Virus record (IMG/VR): IMGVR_UViG_3300025875_000005
Location: 1-64,000 of that record
Strand: one strand, 5' to 3'
DNA length: 64,000 bases
DNA from: a virus
Positions 9,287-18,460 of this stretch are shown piece after piece. The notes beneath the pieces are model-generated. The model made no database searches and had not been told where the DNA came from. It saw nothing but the letters and a program-made list of their open reading frames with translations. Within the stretch, counting starts at the first letter, position 1, and every line of letters begins with the position of its first letter. A program made the translations under genes and the position numbers.

Positions 9287-11098
9287 TTAACTACCCTTGC
9301 CCCGCTCATTGTCCTGCACGAGTCCGGACACAGAATGGGCTTGCATCAGCGGTACGTCATGCTGAGCCCACGTCTCTCGGCGCATCGTAAGGTTCTTGAC
9401 CACTCCCGCGAGTGCGTCAGCAATGTCTTTGCTGCCTCTGGGGGGGTGATCGATCTTCCCACGCTTGAAGTCCCTCTCAAGCGACCCCAACTCCTTTAGC
9501 ACCTTGGCGTGAGTAGGTGCAACGATGCGTTTATCATACAACGCTTGCTTCAGGAGGTCGTAGGGAACCATGGAGGTGTCCACAGACTCGTGGCCTACCG
9601 TGAACCCATGGCTCTTGAGAATCTGTAGGGAGTCGGCTGACTGATAGCTGTCCATCGAAATCCACTTGATGGGCAGACCCATGTCCCGAAGCTTGTAGAG
9701 AATCTGGCGGATGGTAGCGAAGTCGATTTCACCCTTCATGCCCTTGGGGGGAACGATTTCCATGAAGCCGTCAATCTCAATGACCGGGAGCTTCTCAATC
9801 GAGTCCCCTCGCTTGATCTCCTTGAACCGGGGTACATGCCCAATGCAGATGCCCGCGCTGTCTGATGTGAGCCCCAGGTCGAGGTGACACCAGCGGGGAT
9901 ACTGGTTGTTCCGGGCAAGGAGAGGCCTCCTGACGTGCGGCCTCCCTACCTGAAAGTCCACAGCCTCTTCAATGAAGATCGATTGCCTGAGGCCAAAGTT
10001 GGCCACCACATCGGCACGCCGAGGAAGGTAGGGATGGATGGCAAGGGTGCTCTTACCAGCCACGTCCCGGAGGGCGCGCGTGATGTCGTTGATGAACTCT
10101 TGATGGTGCTCAATGGGGATTGCATCAATCAAATGACGGTCTTCCTCGGGAAGCTCTTCGCTCTTGTTGAGGATGCGGGGCTGCCTCGCACCATCGCCAA
10201 TGAAGACGTTGAACTTCTCCCCCGAGTAATGCCCCGGCTTCACGTCCCACATCCGTTTGTCGTAGACGTAGATGCGGGGGTTGACCTTGGCTTCCTCCTC
10301 CTTCTTGTCAGTGAACTGGCCCGGGGTACGACGGGAGGACACGATACAGAGCCGCCCAGGGAGCCTCCCAAGCTTCTGGAAGCGTGACTTACGACGGGCG
10401 GCAATGGAGTTGTAGAGGGCAGTAGCTTGGTCGTAGGCCTGACCATCCGCCATCTTCGAATTCTCCACCGTGCTCATGAAGTTGACTTCCTCCAGCACGC
10501 CCCCGATGACGTTCTTGCCGATGGCTGCCGTCTCAAGGCCTGATACCGGGATGACGTAGACCCGGTTAGGGAAGATGAGTTGACTGGTCACTTCCTTGTC
10601 ATGGGGGAACTTCTCTTGGAAGTAGGGGCTCTTCTCCACCATGGCCTTGAAGCGGTCGTAGTCACCCTCCTTGGCTAGTTTTGCATTGATGGCCTGGAAG
10701 ATGATGACAATCTCAGAGGCAGGGTCCAGGTCGAAATACTTCTGGGGGTCAGCCATGCAGCTGAGCAAGTACAGCTGGTAAATCTGCACGTAGAGGGCAA
10801 GCGTGGACTTGCCTGAGCCGATGCCTCCCGTGGCAATCACTTCGTCGTACTCACCATCACAAATCTCCGTAGCGGCATCCATGACCGTTGGGTACAGGAG
10901 CCCCTTGGAGTCCAGGTAATAGTCAGACTCGACAAAGGTTCTGAAGTCTACCGGGATGTGCTTGTACTTGGTGAGGGCCTTGGTATCTCCCTTGAGAGCA
11001 TCCGTGAGCACAGCCAGGAACTGCTTACGACACTCGGGGGGTACAGTCTCAAGCTTGGCTTGAATCGTCGTCTTCATCAGATTCATTGATGTCTCCAA
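9287..11098 (-). CDS. terL: terminase large subunit
   Basis: Walker A GGIGSGKST, Walker B VLEEVN, RNase H-like nuclease HLDLG ... DHP..GSKDIADA. Confidence 0.88.
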   Translation of the reverse strand: METSMNLMKTTIQAKLETVPPECRKQFLAVLTDALKGDTKALTKYKHIPVDFRTFVESDYYLDSKGLLYPTVMDAATEICDGEYDEVIATGGIGSGKSTLALYVQIYQLYLLSCMADPQKYFDLDPASEIVIIFQAINAKLAKEGDYDRFKAMVEKSPYFQEKFPHDKEVTSQLIFPNRVYVIPVSGLETAAIGKNVIGGVLEEVNFMSTVENSKMADGQAYDQATALYNSIAARRKSRFQKLGRLPGRLCIVSSRRTPGQFTDKKEEEAKVNPRIYVYDKRMWDVKPGHYSGEKFNVFIGDGARQPRILNKSEELPEEDRHLIDAIPIEHHQEFINDITRALRDVAGKSTLAIHPYLPRRADVVANFGLRQSIFIEEAVDFQVGRPHVRRPLLARNNQYPRWCHLDLGLTSDSAGICIGHVPRFKEIKRGDSIEKLPVIEIDGFMEIVPPKGMKGEIDFATIRQILYKLRDMGLPIKWISMDSYQSADSLQILKSHGFTVGHESVDTSMVPYDLLKQALYDKRIVAPTHAKVLKELGSLERDFKRGKIDHPPRGSKDIADALAGVVKNLTMRRETWAQHDVPLMQAHSVSGLVQDNERGKGS

Positions 11099-11786
11099 GC
11101 GAGGCCACGATATCGAGCATTACCTGCTGAGCCTTGCCCCCTGAGTAAAGCTCTTTCTGCGAGGTTCCTGACTCCAGGTGGGTCGAGATTTCCACCTTGC
11201 GTTTGATCTTGATGGCCCCCGTCCTCACCAGGAGATTCACCTTCTCAGACTCAATGGCTTTGAGGGTATTGATGGCTGCAATGAGGTCTGCCCGGTCTTC
11301 CTTCTGGTTACCCAGGGCCGCAATCAGTTGCAGAGATCGGTTGCTCGCGAACTCCAGCTTATCGAAAGCCTGAGCCACCATGCCCACCACCCCAACCTCC
11401 CCCAGGGCGTCCACACTGGCCTCAAGGTGCATCCTCTTGAGCTTGGTATAGGTGGCAGTGGAGACACAGAGAACTCGGCACACGAGGTCCATCGGGGCCC
11501 CCATGTAGAGGAGCCTTCCGAAGTCTTGCCGGAGGTCAGGGTCGTTGATGTCTACCGCGTCTGCGTTCGTGCGGGACTTGATGGCCCCCGAGGCAATGAG
11601 CTTGTTGATGGACTCCTTGATGTCCACGCGCTCCCGCTCACGCTCCCGGCTCATCAGCCTGGAGTCTTCCTTGTTGCCGCTGGGGGTCGTCTTGGGGCTC
11701 GTGAAGGAGAGGGGCTTGCCATCCACCTCACTCGCCTTCTTGATTTCGATCTCATCTTCCTGAGACTCCGGAGGGGTTGGTTCCAT
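11049..11786 (-). CDS. probable terminase small subunit
   Basis: Immediately upstream of terL; HTH-like segment plus helical region; start re-assigned to MEPTPP. Confidence 0.55.
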   Translation of the reverse strand: MEPTPPESQEDEIEIKKASEVDGKPLSFTSPKTTPSGNKEDSRLMSRERERERVDIKESINKLIASGAIKSRTNADAVDINDPDLRQDFGRLLYMGAPMDLVCRVLCVSTATYTKLKRMHLEASVDALGEVGVVGMVAQAFDKLEFASNRSLQLIAALGNQKEDRADLIAAINTLKAIESEKVNLLVRTGAIKIKRKVEISTHLESGTSQKELYSGGKAQQVMLDIVASLGDINESDEDDDSSQA

Positions 11787-12055
11787 TAGCGTACCCTGAT
11801 GCCTTTGTCCTGGAAGAGCTTGATGAGGAAGAGAAGCATCCCATGGACAGTGCCCTCCAGATGGCCCGGGGGAGCCACAGAGACAATCTCCAGGTTCTGC
11901 TTGGTGAGGCCCTTCTTGAGAGCCTTGCGAATGGAAATCTCGGTGATGTACCCGGCCACCCCGCAATGGGAGCACTTGGTAAATCCGTGGTGCTTCCCAC
12001 CTATCTTGTAGGTGGATGTTGCTGCTCCATGTAGGAGCTTTGGGGTCTGAATCAT
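11786..12055 (-). CDS. hypothetical protein
   Basis: TAATG coupling to terS-like gene. Confidence 0.45.
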   Translation of the reverse strand: MIQTPKLLHGAATSTYKIGGKHHGFTKCSHCGVAGYITEISIRKALKKGLTKQNLEIVSVAPPGHLEGTVHGMLLFLIKLFQDKGIRVR

Positions 12056-12125
12056 GGCCCCCTGATACTATCCCGAGGGCCCACAGACCTACAACTAGAG
12101 CGCTTCAGTGCAACCAGTTGCACTC

Positions 12126-12530
12126 TTAAACGACGTTGAAGCCTTTGCAGTCACACCTGGGCACTTTGCACTTCCAGCTGTATTTGACGGCTGCTTCCGT
12201 GTGAACGACCTTCTCATGCCCGCAATGGCAAAACTCCTTGGGCTTGAGGTCTTCAGTCTTCCAGCCCTTCTCCCGCTTGGGGCTCGGGAGGTTGGAGACT
12301 TCCGGTGGCCCCACCAGCGTCATAGGAGAGGCAGGGAGAAGCTTGCATTGGCTGGCCATGGCTTGAAGCATGGTCCCGGCTTCCTCCCCCTCATCAATGA
12401 CCACGAGAAACATCACTCCCGTGTTGGCTAGGTACGCCCCCAGAATGCAGCACAAAGGCTTGCGAACGTCGCTGGTGACCAGCACTTGCTTACCGATTAG
12501 CCGCTCTACACCTACAATTGATGGCGTCAT
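12126..12530 (-). CDS. hypothetical protein with C-terminal CxCGH..H..C..CxC zinc finger
   Basis: Motif visible in translation. Confidence 0.55.
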   Translation of the reverse strand: MTPSIVGVERLIGKQVLVTSDVRKPLCCILGAYLANTGVMFLVVIDEGEEAGTMLQAMASQCKLLPASPMTLVGPPEVSNLPSPKREKGWKTEDLKPKEFCHCGHEKVVHTEAAVKYSWKCKVPRCDCKGFNVV

Positions 12531-12733
12531 TTGTCTTTCGTTGAGAGAATCTTCTCAAGCTCGTCTGCTGCATCAAAGAACAGCTGCCCGACCTTCCGGG
12601 CTTGGTCTACTGATAGGTAAGCATGGATGCTCCCCTTGAGGTTGGGGACGCTTCCAGCGAAGTGAATGACTCCCGCCCTTGCCACAGCGAGGTCAAAGGT
12701 AGCCGCGCCTACCCTCATCAATTTCTGGAACAT
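12527..12733 (-). CDS. hypothetical protein
   Basis: Coupled ORF. Confidence 0.5.
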   Translation of the reverse strand: MFQKLMRVGAATFDLAVARAGVIHFAGSVPNLKGSIHAYLSVDQARKVGQLFFDAADELEKILSTKDK

Positions 12734-13188
12734 CAGTCCATCATAAGGTACGCCTCGAACATCTCGAAGGCCCGGTCTACGTGGGCTTGAGTAAGACCTT
12801 CTTCAAAGCTAGTCCTAATGCCCCATTGGGGATGATGGGCATGGGCGTCGGCATCATCGTCCAGGATAAGGAAGGGACCATGGTAGTTGTTGGTCTCCAT
12901 CCAGGCGTCAATCTCATTGGCCCTGAAACCTGAGAGTCTCCGGGGAGTCTTACCGATGATCCCCCCTTCAAAGCCTCGTGATTGGAGAACAGCCAAGAGA
13001 TTGTCCATCCGCCACAGGATGCGCCACGTGGAAGAGATAACGACCTTGGCCCCCGTGAATCGGAGGATCTTGTTGAGGAGAGCTACCTTCTCAGGGTCGA
13101 TCCCATAGCACCCACGGATGCGATCCACGGTCGTCTTGCAGTTGAGAACACCGTCGATGTCGAGGAAGATAATGGGTCCGACAATCAT
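12733..13188 (-). CDS. HAD-superfamily hydrolase (Swiss-army-knife RNA-repair-like HAD)
   Basis: FLDIDGVLN, VISSTWR, R..EI..W, ILDD, GLT motifs. Confidence 0.85.
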   Translation of the reverse strand: MIVGPIIFLDIDGVLNCKTTVDRIRGCYGIDPEKVALLNKILRFTGAKVVISSTWRILWRMDNLLAVLQSRGFEGGIIGKTPRRLSGFRANEIDAWMETNNYHGPFLILDDDADAHAHHPQWGIRTSFEEGLTQAHVDRAFEMFEAYLMMD

Positions 13189-13215
13189 TGCGGCCACTCC
13201 TTGGCTGGTATGGAC

Positions 13216-13245
13216 CTTATACCCCTACTGTCTTGCGTTCGTCAA
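13216..13245 (-). promoter_or_regulatory. sigma70-like promoter of the early family
   Basis: TTGACG-AAC...GGGG-TATAAG followed by CCAAGGAGTG RBS. Confidence 0.65.
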
Positions 13246-13432
13246 CGAGAAACTTGGCGGGTCCGAAAGCGCGCAAAGGTGCCCTGAAGCTTGATGCACT
13301 TGTGGCAAGTCACCTCAGCGGGAAACATGGTCATCTTCGCACCCTTGGCCAGAGGTGCCCCACAGAGGCCTTCTGAGAAGTCAGGCACGTCCGGGTGAAG
13401 TCTATGCAGGTTCTTCCGAGGAACAGAGTCAG

Positions 13433-13621
13433 TCACTTGTCACCACAGGAAAAGGGCTTGGCCTCCTCCCGACATCGAAGGAAGGCAGCCGCGTTGCAGG
13501 AGTAGATTGCTCGCTCTGAGGTAGCTCGAAGGAGGCAGGCTTCCTTCTCCTCCCGGATGTAATTCCTCTGCACTTGAGTGCAGGAAATCAGGAGTAGGAA
13601 TCCGAGAGGAAAGGTCTTCAT
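13433..13621 (-). CDS. small putative lipoprotein
   Basis: MKTFPLGFLLLIS-C lipobox-like, four further Cys. Confidence 0.5.
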   Translation of the reverse strand: MKTFPLGFLLLISCTQVQRNYIREEKEACLLRATSERAIYSCNAAAFLRCREEAKPFSCGDK

Positions 13622-14073
13622 GGCTTGTCCTTGAGCTTGGCGTCCAAGTCCACGATATAGGCCTCTCGCTGGGCAAGCAATTTGCCCATGGCAGCTAGTT
13701 CAGCCTTCAGCCGTTCCACGTCGTCCCGACTGCCCTCGCGCTCGTCATGGTAGCGCTCTGCCCTCGCCTTCTGATGGTCCCGGTCAATGGTCATGTTGTC
13801 CAAGTCAACCATGAGCTTGGTCACCTGAGGGTTCCGGTACTCGGCCACCTCGTAGGCATTGCGGAGGATGCCAATCAGGTCAGACAGGGAGCCCTTGGCG
13901 TCATCATCAAACCATGCTCGGGCCTCATCCACTTCCTTCTTGAGTAGGTCGTAGATTGCCCCCGGCACCATGCACTCAGGGCAGGGACCACTCAAGTGGG
14001 TAATGGAGTTGGAGGGGAAGGGTACGGGGCTCTGATGGAAGTAGCCCCGCCCCATGCACAGGGTGCAAATCAT
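13618..14073 (-). CDS. hypothetical protein, CxxCxGxG zinc finger plus coiled coil
   Basis: CTLCMGRG...CPEC. Confidence 0.55.
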   Translation of the reverse strand: MICTLCMGRGYFHQSPVPFPSNSITHLSGPCPECMVPGAIYDLLKKEVDEARAWFDDDAKGSLSDLIGILRNAYEVAEYRNPQVTKLMVDLDNMTIDRDHQKARAERYHDEREGSRDDVERLKAELAAMGKLLAQREAYIVDLDAKLKDKP

Positions 14074-14279
14074 TTGGCGAGCATGGCCCGGATGGCTGCG
14101 TCCTTGGCCTCCAACAGCTTGCGAAGGGCAACGGTCCTCTCGGGGTTGCGGGGAATCAGCTGGACAATGCTCTGGGCAAGCTCAGCAAACGCCTTGCTCG
14201 CATCCTGAAGATGAGGGGGCAGGTGCGCGTAGGTGAAGAACTGCATGATGTGCTCATTCCACTGGTCGGGATCGGTCAT
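14070..14279 (-). CDS. small helical-hairpin protein, possibly Acb2/Tad1-like
   Basis: FxYxHLPxxLQ..S..F.ELA...ERTVALRKLLEAKDAAIRA pattern. Confidence 0.55.
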   Translation of the reverse strand: MTDPDQWNEHIMQFFTYAHLPPHLQDASKAFAELAQSIVQLIPRNPERTVALRKLLEAKDAAIRAMLAK

Positions 14280-14280
14280 G

Positions 14281-14694
14281 TCATTTTCCTTTCAACATCT
14301 GTTGCAGATAGGGGGTAGAGGCAATGCATTCGTCAGTGTGGGCGGGGAGGCACTCCCAGCACAGAGGACAGGGCAGGTTGTTACCGTAGATGGGTACAGG
14401 AAGAGCCGCTCTCAAAGACCCATGGAAGGCTTTGATGGCCTCCTTGAGTCTCTGCTCTTCCTTAGCCCCCACAACCATCTCTTCGTGAGCCTTGAGGGTT
14501 GCTCGCTTCCACTTCTCCCGGTCACTCCGGAGGTCTGCAACTGATTGCGCTTTGAAGACCATAGCCTCCTTGAAGAGTCGCAGGTCTTCCCGAGTATGGA
14601 GGAGGTCTGCTTCCAGGCAGGCTCTGCACGCTTTGGGACCATGAGGACAGGTCACGCCTTCTCCTCGGCAAGTACACGACGAGTCCAGGCACAA
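14281..14694 (-). CDS. hypothetical Cys-rich/coiled-coil protein
   Basis: ORF in contiguous array. Confidence 0.5.
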   Translation of the reverse strand: MCLDSSCTCRGEGVTCPHGPKACRACLEADLLHTREDLRLFKEAMVFKAQSVADLRSDREKWKRATLKAHEEMVVGAKEEQRLKEAIKAFHGSLRAALPVPIYGNNLPCPLCWECLPAHTDECIASTPYLQQMLKGK

Positions 14695-14936
14695 GCACCT
14701 GTGCAGGTGCTCGTATCATCGGTCATGTTGTCACAGGTAAAGACGTGCTTGGTCTTGGGGTTCACGTGAAGTTCTAGTGCGTATCTGGCATCCCTAAGCT
14801 GCTCTGCCAATTCCCAATTGGCTTTCAGCCCTTGCTTCACTGTGGCGTGATACTCGGCTTTGAGGTCAGGATACTGGCACAGGTGCTCATTATCGAAGTG
14901 TCCCAGGCACCCGCACGGCATGATGTCGCCACTCAT
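14652..14936 (-). CDS. hypothetical protein
   Basis: ORF in contiguous array. Confidence 0.5.
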   Translation of the reverse strand: MSGDIMPCGCLGHFDNEHLCQYPDLKAEYHATVKQGLKANWELAEQLRDARYALELHVNPKTKHVFTCDNMTDDTSTCTGACAWTRRVLAEEKA

Positions 14937-15367
14937 TCCTCGCCCTTAGCGTGTTTCACGGTGTCCCAGATGGCAGCGATTGCGGTATCTCGTCGAGGGC
15001 CTGCCCAGCCCTTCACCCGGCACTCAGCCACGTAAGTAGTAGTGGGCCCGTAGAAGCCTACAATTCCGTAGCCGGAGGGCAGGACAGGCTCCCCAGTAGC
15101 CTTGGAAATGATCTCTGCGTGCTCTTGCATCCATAGGGGGTACTTAAGGAAGCCCATGCTCACCATGGCATTGGTGTTACGGGCTGCATCCTTCAGAGCC
15201 GCCAGGGCATCCTTAAGCTGGGTCTCTGCTCGGATGGCTCTCTCCCGGATGGATTCAATGTACCGGACGCGATCCTCTTCCAGGTGCCGTTCAGCGTTCG
15301 TTGGGTTCAGGGGCATCATCAGGCTTGTCCTCCTTGAGGGCGTTACGGGCTGATTCGAAGTAATCAT
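14933..15367 (-). CDS. hypothetical protein (start probably downstream at MMPL)
   Basis: ORF in contiguous array. Confidence 0.5.
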   Translation of the reverse strand: MITSNQPVTPSRRTSLMMPLNPTNAERHLEEDRVRYIESIRERAIRAETQLKDALAALKDAARNTNAMVSMGFLKYPLWMQEHAEIISKATGEPVLPSGYGIVGFYGPTTTYVAECRVKGWAGPRRDTAIAAIWDTVKHAKGEE

Positions 15368-15992
15368 CGTACTTGGGATTCGTCAGGTCTCGCTTACCGA
15401 TTTCAATGATGCCAGTGAGGGCGTCATGGGCTCGCTGGAGACGTTCAATCTCCCGGGCCTGGGTATTGGCAATGTGGATGAAGGGCTTGGTGTTTTCCTT
15501 GAACCGGTCAAACCGGTCGTTGAGGTCAGCAAGCTCAGCTACTAGGTCCCGGATAACGTCAGCGATGGGTCTGCCGATGACCCGGTGGCCCTTAGCGGCC
15601 TCTACACAGTCTCCCCAATACTTGAGCCATTCATCTTCCATGGCTTTCAGGGAACCATTCTCTTCTTCCAGATGCTTGATCTTGGCCGTCTGCTTTACAA
15701 GGGTCTCCCTTAGATTGACCAGCTGGACTTCCAGGTGAGTACGACTGCAATCCTTGAGGTTGTAGAAGATGGGGTTGCCTTGCCCATCCAGGGGCCCCGC
15801 TCGTAGGCGCTCATTCTCAGCCTTCAGGGCTGCTACCTGCTCCTTGAGTCGGACGAGCCCCTCTCTCATGTGGTTCTCTTCGAACACGGAACAGGAGCAC
15901 TCAGGGCGCGTACACCCGGTACCGTGCTCCTTGGGTGCATGGGTCCCGTAGCGATGGCCACAGAGGCACTGTCTATCCAGGAGATCACTCAT
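15291..15992 (-). CDS. zinc-finger plus coiled-coil protein
   Basis: N-terminal CLCGH..H..C..CSC; heptad repeats. Confidence 0.6.
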   Translation of the reverse strand: MSDLLDRQCLCGHRYGTHAPKEHGTGCTRPECSCSVFEENHMREGLVRLKEQVAALKAENERLRAGPLDGQGNPIFYNLKDCSRTHLEVQLVNLRETLVKQTAKIKHLEEENGSLKAMEDEWLKYWGDCVEAAKGHRVIGRPIADVIRDLVAELADLNDRFDRFKENTKPFIHIANTQAREIERLQRAHDALTGIIEIGKRDLTNPKYDDYFESARNALKEDKPDDAPEPNER

Positions 15993-16216
15993 TTGTCACC
16001 GGCCTTGGGATTCTGCTTCTCCCATTGAGAGGCAGCTTGCTCCAAGAGAATCTCAATCACGGGGGAGAGCTTTTTGTAGCCTGACACCCGCATGATGTGC
16101 TCAAGGCGAGCCACCAACTCAGCGTTGAGGTAGACGGATTTGCTCACACCCTCTTTGGGTGGGGGAATCGAGATAGCTAGGTCGTCAGACACTGTGCCCT
16201 CCATGGCAGCCTGCAA
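15989..16216 (-). CDS. ribbon-helix-helix DNA-binding protein (likely start GTG ~16191)
   Basis: SKSVYL strand, NAELVARLEHIM helix, G turn, LSPVIEILLEQA helix. Confidence 0.65.
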   Translation of the reverse strand: MQAAMEGTVSDDLAISIPPPKEGVSKSVYLNAELVARLEHIMRVSGYKKLSPVIEILLEQAASQWEKQNPKAGDK

Positions 16217-16237
16217 CTGAGTGCAGAATCTTGAGAG

Positions 16238-16267
16238 ACCCTACACCCAGAGGTTCTAGTTCGTCAA
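16238..16267 (-). promoter_or_regulatory. sigma70-like promoter upstream of the RHH gene, with a palindrome copy (16212-16225) in the leader
   Basis: TTGACG-18 bp-TAGGGT. Confidence 0.65.
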
Positions 16268-16268
16268 G

Positions 16269-16544
16269 CTAGTATTCGTTCGTGCAGACCAACTGCCCCG
16301 GATACTTGTCGGCAAACTCCTGCCAAGTCATGGTCTCGTCGGGCTCTCCCACCTCTTCACCGAGGACCACCTGATCCTCCAGCATGTCCTCGGGAGAAAA
16401 CTGGGCCCACCCATCATCCCCCCAGGCGTCACCATTCTCTTCCGTGATGTCGAGACCCGTGGCTGCCTCGTACTTCTCTTTCAGTTCCTGAAAAGAGGTC
16501 GCAGACCACCACTCCACACCATTCGTCCAGATCCAGTTCTTCAT
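16269..16544 (-). CDS. acidic hypothetical protein
   Basis: CCAAGGAGTG RBS. Confidence 0.6.
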   Translation of the reverse strand: MKNWIWTNGVEWWSATSFQELKEKYEAATGLDITEENGDAWGDDGWAQFSPEDMLEDQVVLGEEVGEPDETMTWQEFADKYPGQLVCTNEY

Positions 16545-16560
16545 TTTGACCACTCCTTGG

Positions 16561-17013
16561 TTATGTGGTTCCGAGGTACTGCTTCCAGCTTACCCAGCCC
16601 TTGGCCGTCAGGAAACCCCACTCCCGATTAGTGGGCCCCATGAAGACCAGCATCCAGACCGGCTTAGACACCTCCAACCTTCTGGGTTGGGTGCTCTTCC
16701 GAAACAAGACCGTTGGAGCGCTCTGGTAGCGGCAAGGTCCAACGATGTGCTCTGGCCCCCAGCTGTCTACTGCCGTCATCGTTTGGAGGTTACAGAGGCA
16801 GCCAGGGACGTGCTCGATATAGGCCCCCCGGAAGATGAGGGAGAGGGAGCTATAGGGCAGGTCATGGAAGTCTGGGTCAGGGTCTGAGAGAAGGATCTTC
16901 TGGAGCCTGATGCCGAACCATGGGCAGAAGATGAGCCACCGGAGAACGTGAACCGCGAAGTTGCCGTTCTTCCGCCCGTAGATGTGACTTCTACCGAAGA
17001 ACCAACGTCGCAT
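16561..17013 (-). CDS. cupin-like phage protein (D-x-D..HD(H/L)P..S.I..G.Y.E family)
   Basis: DPDPDFHDLPYSSLSLIFRGAYIE and REWGF..KGWV.W motifs. Confidence 0.55.
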   Translation of the reverse strand: MRRWFFGRSHIYGRKNGNFAVHVLRWLIFCPWFGIRLQKILLSDPDPDFHDLPYSSLSLIFRGAYIEHVPGCLCNLQTMTAVDSWGPEHIVGPCRYQSAPTVLFRKSTQPRRLEVSKPVWMLVFMGPTNREWGFLTAKGWVSWKQYLGTT

Positions 17014-17016
17014 CTC

Positions 17017-17358
17017 TCAGTTCATCTTACTGACAGGTGGGTGAATCAGTGGAAGCTCTGACCCCCGTGGAGGCCCATCCTCAATCCAGGCTTCCGACTG
17101 TCCTAGCGTGTCGTTGACCATGCCGAACACCGACCCCCATGGAATACCACAAGGGAAGGGGTTCCCGCCAAAGTAGATGGTCGCTTTGATGCCCCAATCA
17201 CTCACTTCCATGGGGGCCTTCCACGAAAAGTCGAGGCCCAGATAGGGCAGCTGCTTAACCCTCTCCGGAACCTGGACCCCAGCCCTACCCGGAACGAAGA
17301 ACACGCGAGTGTCTCCATTCCTCAGGAAGGCCTCCATCACTGACCGCTTGATGTTCAC
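17017..17358 (-). CDS. SspB-like ClpXP adaptor
   Basis: GVQVP...LDFS...V...GIKATIYFGG.PF...IPWGSVFGM pattern. Confidence 0.65.
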   Translation of the reverse strand: MNIKRSVMEAFLRNGDTRVFFVPGRAGVQVPERVKQLPYLGLDFSWKAPMEVSDWGIKATIYFGGNPFPCGIPWGSVFGMVNDTLGQSEAWIEDGPPRGSELPLIHPPVSKMN

Positions 17359-17585
17359 GCGGCTTGGTCCTCAACCAGCGTCAGAGTGATCTCACCCTCA
17401 AGAAGCTTGGCCATCTTCGCAGCGTAGGCCTTGTTCTCGGCTGCCTGATTGAGGCGCTGACTCCGCGCGTAGAACTCCTCAATCATCGGGGCCTGAACGC
17501 GGAGGTCACTCTTCAGAAGATCCTTCTTGGGCTTCTCGCTCACAGAGGCTCCTTCGCTGGGTACTGGTTTAAGGGTAGCACGCAA
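17355..17585 (-). CDS. hypothetical protein ending ...EDQAA
   Basis: GTGA overlap with sspB-like gene. Confidence 0.45.
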   Translation of the reverse strand: MRATLKPVPSEGASVSEKPKKDLLKSDLRVQAPMIEEFYARSQRLNQAAENKAYAAKMAKLLEGEITLTLVEDQAA

Positions 17586-17828
17586 TCAAGTGCAGAGGGA
17601 GCGAAGCTCCGTGTGGCAGTCACGGCAAATGACGGTCACAGAGCCCTGAGGAGTGACGAACACGGGGTTGCCGCATTCGTTGTCACACTCAGGAAGGTTC
17701 TTTTTCTTCTCTTCCTGGACCTTCGCTCGCCACTTGTTCCGGGCAAGGAGGTTCTGAGAAAAGAACAGGTCATAATTGTGTTGGGACTTGTCAGCGTCAT
17801 CAGCCATGACTACCTCTTGCTCAAGCAA
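17586..17828 (-). CDS. small C4 zinc-finger protein (DksA/TraR-like layout)
   Basis: MADDADKSQ N-terminus, CxxxC...CRDC. Confidence 0.5.
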   Translation of the reverse strand: MLEQEVVMADDADKSQHNYDLFFSQNLLARNKWRAKVQEEKKKNLPECDNECGNPVFVTPQGSVTVICRDCHTELRSLCT

Positions 17829-17855
17829 GGTGGGGGCCTTGCCCAGGGGGATTTT

Positions 17856-18359
17856 TTAGGTCAGTGCCAGCTGGAAGTGCGGCCCGTCAGCGAGAGGGCC
17901 CTTCCGCTTGGTATGGGGGTTCTGGAGCTTCCACCGGAGGACGTAGGACGCCATCTCATCCTCAAGATCGTTCTTGAGAAGGTGAAGAGGCTTGTCCCAG
18001 ACCCCGCCCCAGATGATGCCAATCTGAAGCTCAATGGCTGCCTTCCGCATGGCCTCAGCCATGGGATAGACGTGGCCCCAGTGCCAGCTGTATTCCTTGT
18101 CACCGTCTCCGTCCGTGTCCAGGTAGGGAGCAAGGTCTACAGCGCGCGCCAGCCCATCCTTGTCCGGCAGATGAAGGGAGTTGAGGGTGTTTGACGCCCC
18201 CGAGGCCAGAAGAACCTTCTGCCGTGCGAGAGTGCGAACTCCCTCCGTCACGCCAAAGTCGATTTCCGAAACCTCGATTGCCCGCTGAACCACACGGACA
18301 AGAGGATGCCGGACGTACACCAACTTGGCTTTGCTGCTTGAACCCAGGGCAAAAGGCAT
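17856..18359 (-). CDS. endolysin, M15 family L-Ala-D-Glu peptidase
   Basis: EGVRT..RQ, S.H, AVDL, WGG.W, DGPHFQL. Confidence 0.88.
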   Translation of the reverse strand: MPFALGSSSKAKLVYVRHPLVRVVQRAIEVSEIDFGVTEGVRTLARQKVLLASGASNTLNSLHLPDKDGLARAVDLAPYLDTDGDGDKEYSWHWGHVYPMAEAMRKAAIELQIGIIWGGVWDKPLHLLKNDLEDEMASYVLRWKLQNPHTKRKGPLADGPHFQLALT

Positions 18360-18460
18360 GGTGCCTCCGTTAACTGGAGGGCACACTATCCGTATTTCAA
18401 ATCTGAAAGCAAATTCCAGGATAAGCAGTGTACGTCTTTATCCTGCAACCAGTTGCGGTC

